Part shown: piece by piece, positions 1 to 6,620 of the stretch | Position numbering within the stretch: position 1 is the stretch's first letter | How the letters are laid out: each line of letters opens with the position of its first letter | Source of the DNA: Octopus sinensis | Lineage: Eukaryota | DNA length: 7,182 nucleotides | Reading direction: 5' to 3' | NCBI RefSeq assembly: GCF_006345805.1 | Contig: NW_021828841.1 | Span: forward strand, 1-7,182 | Notes under the pieces: generated by a model | Told to the model about the DNA's origin: nothing | Databases searched by the model: none | The model's input: the letters and a program-made list of their open reading frames with translations, nothing else | Made by a program: the position numbers and the translations under genes

Positions 1-543
1 GTCGTTCTTATTACCATTTAATATATTTTTTCTTTCCCCCGACATAATCATCTCTTTCTTCAACCTTACATCTCAACAGCTGTTACATAACCGTTGGATT
101 AACTTGTGGCAGTTGATGGTGTAAGTGACTGTCATGCCATTGTCTTTTATTGTCAGACTTGTTTTGGTTTTGTTGTAGTGGCACTAGTGCCGGTGGTAGT
201 GGTGGGGGTATGTTGTAGTTGTAATTCGTCGTGGTAGTGCTTATACTGTAGCGTTCAAACCGGAAGTTATGGTAATAATAGCAGTATTTTTCTTTTTGGG
301 GTACTAAGAGAAATAACAACGGTGGTGGTTTTAGTATAGCATTGTAGTATAGGTACTAACTAGTATGGTTGGGATATATATTTTGTAATGTTGATGTTGC
401 AGTGGCTGTTGACTTTGGTTTGTTATTATTGTTTTTAGTTTGTCTGTGCAAATCGACGATACGTTTGATGGAAGGCATTCCTACCATAACGATCCCGTCC
501 AAATTTAGGTATAGAGTTTCCTCATCATTTCGTCGATTTTCAG

Positions 544-648
544 GGTGAAGGACTAATATCCGAAACGTCAAGGTCCCTGTCTTCCTTTCCTTCAAGACTT
601 CAACTAGCACCATATTTATTGGTCTGTGTTTTTTCAGTGTTGGTTTGA
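544..648 (+). CDS. Candidate terminal coding exon, GEGLISETSRSLSSFPSRLQLAPYLLVCVFSVLV* (GPI-signal-like C-terminus); unverified
   Basis: Pyrimidine-rich acceptor TTTCCTCATCATTTCGTCGATTTTCAG ends at 543. A phase-0 frame stays open to TGA at 646-648. The peptide is a Ser-rich spacer followed by a hydrophobic tail. No homology is recognised and no upstream exon is identified. Confidence 0.3.
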   Translation, partial: GEGLISETSRSLSSFPSRLQLAPYLLVCVFSVLV

Positions 649-676
649 ATTTTCTGATTTCATTTTTGCATCAAAT

Positions 677-778
677 ACACGCAAACGCATACATGCGCGC
701 ACACGCACACACATACACACACAACACACCGCGCGCGCATATATATATATAATATATACATACATATACACACACATG
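677..778. repeat. Compound (CA)n/(CG)n/(TA)n microsatellite
   Basis: Visible ACACGCACACACATACACAC...GCGCGCGCATATATATATAT...ACACACAT. Confidence 0.9.
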
Positions 779-809
779 AGAAATAATGATGGTGGTGGTA
801 TATGTGCGT

Positions 810-1045
810 GGCGGCGAGCTGGCAGAAACGTTAGCACACCGGGCGAAATGCTTAGCGGTATTTCGTCTGCCGTTACGTTTTGAGTTCAAATTCCGCCGAG
901 GTCGACTTTGCCTTTCATCCTTTCGGGGGTCGATAAATTAATTACCAGTTACGCACTGGGATCGATGTAATCGACTTAATTCGTTTGTCCGTCCTTGTTT
1001 GTCCCCTCTGTGTTTAGCCCCTTGTGGTTAGTAAAGAAATAGGTA
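810..1045 (+). mobile_element. tRNA-derived SINE, family A copy 1 (full length, cephalopod-type; central motif resembles the Deu/Nin domain as I recall it)
   Basis: A-box-like TGGCAGAAACG at 820-830 and B-box GAGTTCAAATTCC at 882-894. 5' GGCGG (810-814) pairs with CCGCC (893-897). About 85% identical by eye to 5577-5742 and homologous to 6211-6415 and 6426-6620. Exact flanking repeat GGTATATGTGCGTG at 797-810 and 1042-1055. Confidence 0.92.
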
Positions 1046-1095
1046 TATGTGCGTGTGTATGTATGCCTGTTTGTATAAGTATCATGTTTCTTGTC

Positions 1096-1112
1096 AGAGA
1101 GGGAAAGAGAGG

Positions 1113-1158
<46 letters not shown>
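1096..1158. repeat. (GA)n microsatellite
   Basis: Near-perfect AGAGAG run with a few G interruptions. Confidence 0.95.
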
Positions 1159-1161
<3 letters not shown>

Positions 1162-1649
1162 TACACCGTGGTTCAAGTATTTTCCTGTCATTTAACTCTG
1201 AAAAGTTCTTGTGAGCTTGTAGTAAATCCCCATTTCGCTACGTTTCTTAAGAGGGTATTTACAATTTGCTTATATAATATCCGACCTTTCTTTTATACAT
1301 AAGCCACATCAACACCGACTTCCCCGGTAATTCATCGCGCTGACGGTGCCTAAATATGCATATTTAATTAATTTACATTTATATTTATTGCTATTATCAA
1401 CTGAAGAAAATACTGTACTTCTAATATTTCCCAAAACTGAAATTATGAAAGATAGCAATGTTAGCAGCAACAGCCCTGTAATCATAAAAATATTACGTCA
1501 TTAATGTCAAAGTTATGAATATCGTGATAAAAGTGAAACCGGTAGATTACATAGATATTACACTTCGTTACTATAGTTTCTTCGTACAGAGCTTTGTGCA
1601 TGTTCTACTCTGTTTCCTGTATAGTTTACAACGTGAAGAAACGCATCAT

Positions 1650-1651
<2 letters not shown>

Positions 1652-1681
<30 letters not shown>

Positions 1682-1712
1682 TGTATGTATGTATGTATGT
1701 GTGTGTGTGTGT
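1652..1712. repeat. (TATG)12 followed by (TG)n
   Basis: Perfect TATG run at 1652-1699 merging into TGTGTG. Confidence 0.95.
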
Positions 1713-1915
1713 TCGTGCGCGTGTGTATGAGTGGACACACTATGTTAAAGAGTGTCAAAGGATAGTGATGGTAGTGTCACTCGTTAACAGTTATGGAGAG
1801 GACGGGTCAGTCCCCAAAACTGACCCATTTCTCTAATGCTTATTAGCACTTTAGAATTCTGTTTTCCCTGTTAATGAATCCTGTTTGGTCAAACAGGTAC
1901 GCCGTCGTCTTAGTT

Positions 1916-2008
1916 TGTCGGTCGGTTGGCTGACTGGTTGTATGTCTGCAATGGCTGGCTGGCTGGCTGGCTGGCCGGCTAGCTGATTGGTTGGTTGGTT
2001 GGCTGGTC
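1916..2008. repeat. Degenerate tetranucleotide repeat with (TGGC)6 and (TTGG)4 cores
   Basis: (TGGC)6 at 1952-1975 and (TTGG)4 at 1987-2002, flanked by decayed units. Confidence 0.9.
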
Positions 2009-2097
2009 GATCTGCAGGCTCGATGTCTAACTCGTGTCTGGTTATCTCCATGTCCAACTGTTTATTCAATGGTTATTTCCCTCCACCCACATATCCG

Positions 2098-2105
2098 GTC
2101 ACGTG
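2098..2105 (+). promoter_or_regulatory. E-box GTCACGTG (USF/MiT-TFE-type) in a CpG-containing island
   Basis: Exact GTCACGTG in non-microsatellite context. A short motif match does not show function. Confidence 0.3.
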
Positions 2106-2226
2106 CCTCGGTGTGAGTGTGTGTGTTGAGGTGTTGACGGGAGCGTCATCAGCTCTTTAACTTTCCACCCGCGCCACGTAATACCTGCCCCCTCACATCT
2201 CTCTGTGCATTTAGCCCCGCTTTACA

Positions 2227-2264
<38 letters not shown>

Positions 2265-2278
2265 CAGCAGCAGCAGCA
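2227..2278. repeat. (ACT)12-13 followed by (CAG)4
   Basis: ACTACT run at 2227-2264 and CAG x4 at 2265-2276. Confidence 0.95.
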
Positions 2279-2354
2279 TATCTAGCACCAGATGGAGTGT
2301 ACGTCTTTGCTGTCGCCAAGTATTCCTCCCCCACCACCGCCCACACTACCTCCA

Positions 2355-2376
2355 CCCACCCACTCACCCCGATCCC
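2355..2376 (-). other. Canonical G-quadruplex motif GGG-ATC-GGGG-TGAGT-GGG-T-GGG (i-motif on +)
   Basis: Four G>=3 runs with loops of 3, 5 and 1 nt on the minus strand. Extra C runs on + at 2328-2332 and 2340-2342. Confidence 0.6.
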
Positions 2377-2461
2377 GTTGACAAGATTTCGCTCCCTCCT
2401 CCCTCACCTCACTAAACAACTTAATTAGGAAGTGAGTGTCAGACAATAAATGTGGCGCTGA

Positions 2462-2479
2462 TAGCGCCCCCTGCTGTCA
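2462..2479 (-). promoter_or_regulatory. CTCF-like binding motif TGACAGCAGGGGGCGCTA
   Basis: Reverse complement of TAGCGCCCCCTGCTGTCA. Closely matches the CTCF core CCA(C/G)(C/T)AG(A/G)(G/T)GGC(A/G)C, with one mismatch at the first C. Confidence 0.55.
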
Positions 2480-2516
2480 AACGACGGCATCGCTTCTCGA
2501 ACCAAACACCGTTAAA

Positions 2517-2517
2517 T

Positions 2518-2562
<45 letters not shown>

Positions 2563-2799
2563 TGTGCATGCGCAAGAGAGTGTGAAGGTAATGCAGTTGT
2601 GCGACTCTGTGTGAGTGTGTGCGTGTGTGTGCGTGTGTGTGTGCATGCGCGCGCATACGTTTGCGTCTGTGTGTGTGTGTGTGTGCGTGTGTGTGTAGTT
2701 GAGTGTTTATATGTATCTATATATCTTTACATTTATGCGTATAAGAACGTATACACACATATATGTGTTCGAATATGCATTGGCACAAAGACACGCACA

Positions 2800-2832
<33 letters not shown>

Positions 2833-3033
2833 GCGCAGCACACACACATGCACACACATATATGTTTAACGTGTGCACAAACACAAATGTGTGTGTGCAT
2901 GTATGTGTGTTTGTGCATGCATAGATGTATGCGTGTGCATATATAGATGTTTGTGTGAATGTGTGTGTGTTTGTGTGTATGTCTGTGTGTGTGTGTGTGT
3001 GTCTGTGTGTGTGTGTATGTGTGTGTGTGTGTG
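2517..3033. repeat. Large compound (TG)n-(CA)n-(TG)n microsatellite mosaic
   Basis: TG-rich at about 2517-2700, CA-rich at about 2751-2885, TG-rich at about 2888-3033. Confidence 0.92.
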
Positions 3034-3112
3034 AGTTTGGAATATATTTCAATAACTTTGCGTATATTGTAAACGTACCGCCGCCAGAATACGAACTCTC
3101 CACCCCAGCTTA

Positions 3113-3371
3113 ACACACGTGTGTACACGTGTATATGTGTGTGTGTTTGTGTGCGTGTGTAAGTGTGTGTATCCGTATGTGTGTCTTTTATGAATTGTGG
3201 CGTTTGTCCGCGACTGACGTGCGAAACGTTATGAACATGTGCGTATATGACGTGTCAGCGTTACATGTGGTGTGTGTATATTATGTGTGAATGGAGTGTA
3301 CATGTGTGTATATATGACATGCAGACGGTATGTGTGCGTGTGTGGGACGTGTTTATATGACGTATTAACGA
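3113..3371. repeat. Degenerate TG-rich region containing three decayed copies of an ACATGTG..TATATGAC(G/A)T unit
   Basis: TATATGAC(G/A)T at 3244, 3311 and 3354. The units starting at 3235 and 3300 align over about 35 nt. Confidence 0.6.
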
Positions 3372-3459
3372 GTGCATATTAGCCCCTCATACGTGTGACG
3401 AACAATTATGAAGTGATACTAAAATTTACAACAGGGAATACATTTAGATCCATGTGGAC

Positions 3460-3549
3460 GTGTGTGTGTGTGTGTGTGTGTCTGCTATAACGATGCAATT
3501 GCGATGTGCGTATAAGAGTGTATTTGTACGTGTAACGGCATGTGTGTTG

Positions 3550-3613
<64 letters not shown>
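3460..3613. repeat. Two (TG)n tracts (3460-3481, 3541-3613)
   Basis: Direct inspection. Confidence 0.95.
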
Positions 3614-3614
<1 letters not shown>

Positions 3615-3740
3615 ACATACGTCACTGCTGATGGAGGTATCCTATGTGAGTCAATGTGATGCTCGGTGAGTGTGTAAGTGCAGATATAAACCATAAGTGT
3701 GTATGTGTGCAGCACTCTTTCTATGACAACCTATCTACCC

Positions 3741-4239
3741 TTCTCTCTCTCTCTTTCTCTATCTTTGTATATATATATATATACATATATGTATGCATGT
3801 ATGTGTATATGCACGTATGTATGTTTGCATGTATGTATGTATGCATGAATGTACCTTTGTATGTATGTATGCAAAAATGTATGTATGCATGCATGTATGT
3901 ATGTATGCATGTATGTATGCATGTATGTATGCCTGTATGCATGCATTTATGTACGTATGTACGAATGTATGAATCTATGCATGATGTATGTATGTATGTA
4001 TGTATGTATGTATGTATGTACGAATGCACGTACATATGTATGTATGTATGTTGGATTATATGTATGTATGTACGTACGTATGGATGGATGTATGTATGTA
4101 CGTTCGTACATACTTATGTATGTATGTATGTATATATGTATGTATGCATGCATATATGTATGTATATATGTATGTATGTATGTGTGTATGTATATGTATG
4201 TATGTATGTATGTATTATGTATGTATGTATGTATGTATG
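3741..4239. repeat. (CT)n, (TA)n, then a ~470-bp degenerate (TATG)n array with CATG/TACG variants
   Basis: Direct inspection. This array generates the MYVC/IHTY ORFs in the track. Confidence 0.95.
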
Positions 4240-4726
4240 CACAGAGCTGTATAAACAGCCAAACAATATAAATGAAAGAACGCATTATAGATTTTTCTGT
4301 ATTACATATTTTTGTTTGTTACAAGGAAAAGCTTCTCTGGAAAGTGAACGCGCGCACGCACGCACGTGTGTGTATGTATAAGTGTGTGTATAAGAGAGAG
4401 AGAGAAATCATACATTTCCTCTCAATCATAGATATGTGCGTGTTTGTTGGCATGTACTTCTTTACACCTGTGCGTATGTGTATTTATAGACGGTTACACC
4501 CAATATCTAAAAGCGATAATCAAAACTTCGACCGCTGCCATTAATGATCTAAACACAATTAATAATTAATTAGTTCACTGAGGTCTATGGATTCCGATAT
4601 AAATTGAACCAAAAACCCTATGATATTATTTACTGTGCAAACCTCTGCCACATCTCAATATGTTCAAATCTGAATTTTATTGATTAATTCCAATAAGATT
4701 TTTCATTTCTTCTTTCATTACCTTAG

Positions 4727-4762
4727 GTGGAGCTATGTTGCTAATAACCTGGCTCCTTAATC
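4727..4762 (+). CDS. Candidate 36-nt microexon, phase 1-1, (G)GAMLLITWLLN; unverified
   Basis: Strong polypyrimidine tract at 4699-4724 plus AG at 4725-4726, and donor GTGAGT at 4763-4768. Length is divisible by 3 and only one frame is fully open. No homology is recognised. Confidence 0.35.
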
Positions 4763-4768
4763 GTGAGT

Positions 4769-5144
4769 TGAAGGGCGTGGCTTAATGGTTAGGTTATTCG
4801 AACCCCGACCATAAGGTTGTTGGTTCAATTTCCGGAGACGCGTTTTGTCCTAGATCAAGACACTTTATTTGACATTGCTCCGGTCCACTCAGCTGGCAAC
4901 AATGGGTAGTACCCAGGGGCGGACTGTGAGTATTACGAGCCCTCGTAGTAGTAACTACTTGTAGTAACCGTAATTCAAAGGGCCAGTCTTGTCACATTCT
5001 GGGTTACGCTGAAATTTCCTGGGAACCACGTTAAAGCCCTGTGTGTCTGTAGAGTACACAGCTACTTGCACGTTAATTTCACCAGTAGGTTGTTCAGTGA
5101 ATCGGGTCGACTGGAACACTCATCGTCGTTAGCAACGGAGATCC
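4769..5144 (+). mobile_element. tRNA-derived SINE, family C (single copy; carries an internal ~55-nt insertion)
   Basis: A-box TGGCTTAATGG at 4778-4788 and B-box GGTTCAATTTCC at 4822-4833 show tRNA-like spacing. They are followed by GTCCTAGATCAAGACACTTT (4847-4866), which resembles the CORE/V-type post-tRNA motif. The body matches an octopus SINE from recollection; there is no second copy in the window to confirm. Confidence 0.8.
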
Positions 5145-5153
5145 ATTTTTTCG

Positions 5154-5265
5154 AACCATGTGATCTTGGGTTCAGTTCCACAGTGTAACCTCTTCTACAG
5201 TCCCTGACCGACTCAAACCTTGTGCGTGGATTTGTTTGACGGAAATCGGAAGAAGCTTGCTATGT

Positions 5266-5302
<37 letters not shown>

Positions 5303-5565
5303 CATAGTTTTTTCTGTTTTATGTCTTTGTGTTTATGTGTTCGTCACACACACATACACACACCACCACCACTACTTGACAACCGCATTTGGCTTGTTTA
5401 CGTCCCTGTAACATAGCGGTTCGGCAAAGTGAGAGATAGAATAAGTACGAGACTTGAAATAGAAAAAAAATTACATAAGTAACTGAATCTACTTGTCCGA
5501 CTAAATCCTTCAAGGCGTTGCCCCAGCATCGCCGCAGTGAAATGTCTGAAGGAAGTAAAAGATAA
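5154..5565 (+). mobile_element. tRNA-derived SINE, family B copy 1 (5'-truncated, diverged)
   Basis: B-box GGTTCAGTTCC at 5169-5179 with no A-box. Colinear with the reverse complement of 6620-7078 (shared CTTGACAACCG, GTTTACGTCCC, TTCGGCAAA, internal (TG)n, and tail AGTAAAAGA). Confidence 0.88.
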
Positions 5566-5574
5566 CATACAGGC

Positions 5575-5790
5575 AAGGCGGCGAGCTGGCAGAAACGTTA
5601 GCACGCCAGGCGTAATGCTTAGCAGTATTTCTTCTGTTTTTACGTTCTGAGTTCAAATTTCGCCGGTGTTGACTTTACCTTTCATCATTTCGGGGCCGAT
5701 AAATTAAGTACCATTTGCGTGCTGGGGTCGATCTTATCGACTGGCTTCCACCCGAAAAATTCCGGGCCTTGTGCCTATAGTAGAAAAGGA
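5575..5790 (+). mobile_element. tRNA-derived SINE, family A copy 2 (full-length head, alternative 3' tail)
   Basis: GGCGGCGAGCTGGCAGAAACGTTAGCAC is identical to copy 1. B-box at 5649-5661. Tail CCTTGTGCCTATAGTAGAAA. Confidence 0.92.
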
Positions 5791-6032
5791 AAGATACATA
5801 GATGCACAAATCAATTTACAGCGGTTATTGGTTCCAAGTCATGCGACTTAGATCAAAACCGACGTAACACGAAAAATAATAATAATAAATAAATAAAAAT
5901 AATTTTAAAGAATTAATTAGATTGTAACTGTTGTAATGAATGGTTTGTACATACAAACATTTCATTCGATTTCCCACTCCGGTATTCGTTTTTATGCGTT
6001 GTTTTTTTTTTTTATTTTTATAATTTTAAAAG

Positions 6033-6145
6033 GGCTCATTAAGACCGACGTAAAGTTGGATAAATTGACGGAAGCTGGGGTTTATTTTTTTTCCATAAAT
6101 TGTTGTAAAAAAATGCGCTGTAAATTCGAAACGACGCAAGTTGAG
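6033..6145 (+). CDS. Candidate 113-nt exon, phase 1-0, (R)LIKTDVKLDKLTEAGVYFFSINCCKKMRCKFETTQVE; unverified
   Basis: T-rich tract upstream of a weak AAAG acceptor (AG at 6031-6032) and a good donor GAG|GTATGC at 6146. The frame is open and phase-compatible with the 4727-4762 microexon. An internal T8 run is not very coding-like. Confidence 0.2.
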
Positions 6146-6210
6146 GTATGCCTGTATATTTTTATAGAGGAAAATATCCACTATATAAATTAAATTATTA
6201 TAATATTTCA

Positions 6211-6415
6211 TGGTAGTACGGCGAACAAACTACTAAGAAGCATTGCGCCATTCTTTACGTTCTGAGTTCAAATTCCGCCGACGTCGACTTTGCCTTTCGT
6301 CCTTTAGAGATCGATGAAATAAGTACCAGTTGAGTACTGGAGTCGATGTAATTTAATTGACTAATTCTTTCCCCGAAGGTGTTGGCCTCGAGTCAAAATT
6401 TGAAACCATTATTAT
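6211..6415 (+). mobile_element. SINE family A copy 3 (5'-truncated, diverged)
   Basis: TTACGTTCTGAGTTCAAATTCCGCCGACGTCGACTTTGCCTTTC matches copies 1 and 2. Lacks the A-box. Tail ...CAAAATTTGAAACCATTATT. Confidence 0.88.
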
Positions 6416-6425
6416 AATAGTTTAT

Positions 6426-6620
6426 GTTAGCACGCCGGACAAACTAAGAAGTAACATTTCGTCCGTCTTTACGTTCTGAGTTCAAATTCTGCTGAGCTCG
6501 ACTTTGCATTTCACCCTTTCTGTGTTGATGAAATAAATACCAGCTGAGTACTGGGATTGATGCAATCGACTATATCCCTCCCAGCAACTCTCAGGCTTTG
6601 TGCCTATAATAGAAATGATA
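6426..6620 (+). mobile_element. SINE family A copy 4 (5'-truncated, diverged)
   Basis: Starts GTTAGCACGCCGG. B-box at 6478-6490. Tail TTTGTGCCTATAATAGAAA resembles copy 2. Confidence 0.88.

Noticed and set aside
180-191. Perfect 12-bp palindrome GGCACTAGTGCC
   Set aside because: About 1-2 such palindromes are expected by chance in 7 kb (7182/4^6), and there is no supporting context.
83-670. Minus-strand frame open from 670 to 86 with a single TAG (track ORFs 356..613 and 83..319 are in the same frame)
   Set aside because: The minus strand here is T-poor and rich in degenerate ACA/ACC/ACT triplets, which suppresses stops. I recognise no domain and found no convincing splice sites. Readthrough or pseudogene status is unsupported; tBLASTn would settle it.
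810-897. tRNA gene-like heads (also 4773-4837, 5577-5665, 7017-7078)
   Set aside because: A and B boxes are present, but there is no clean cloverleaf or anticodon arm and each continues into a repeated SINE body. Called SINE heads, not tRNA genes.
80-1896. Possible small exons 80-120 (CAG|...|GTAAGT), 439-508 and 1855-1896 (|GTACGC) that can be chained in phase
   Set aside because: Several mutually incompatible chains are possible, the peptides are unrecognisable, and such pseudo-exons are common in large introns.
2227-2278. (ACT)n(CAG)n as a coding poly-Thr/Ser/Gln tract
   Set aside because: The surrounding frames are short or give low-complexity peptides, and no flanking splice sites are convincing.
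2368-2411. Minus-strand 44-nt candidate exon (TTTAG|...|GTGAGT)
   Set aside because: It is isolated, has no partner exon or recognisable peptide, and overlaps the G-rich motif that explains its composition.
3034-3113. Peptide EFGIYFNNFAYIVNVPPPEYELSTPA* with a PPxY motif
   Set aside because: There is no plausible splice acceptor or start outside the microsatellite, and a 4-residue motif arises easily by chance.
3656-4381. Longest ORF (241 aa) and the other MYVC/IHTY/CVCV/HTHT-rich ORFs in both directions
   Set aside because: These are translations of TATG and TG/CA microsatellites, which lack stop codons in most frames. There is no protein-like complexity.
634-5604. Two ORFs both starting MLTFLPARR (634..837 and 5398..5604)
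   Set aside because: Both are the antisense translation of the SINE A head, not a duplicated gene.
6211-6620. Repeat-spacer or CRISPR-like periodicity in the tandem A3/A4 copies
   Set aside because: The units are ~200-nt diverged SINE copies with no short identical repeats, unique spacers or cas genes, and the context is eukaryotic.
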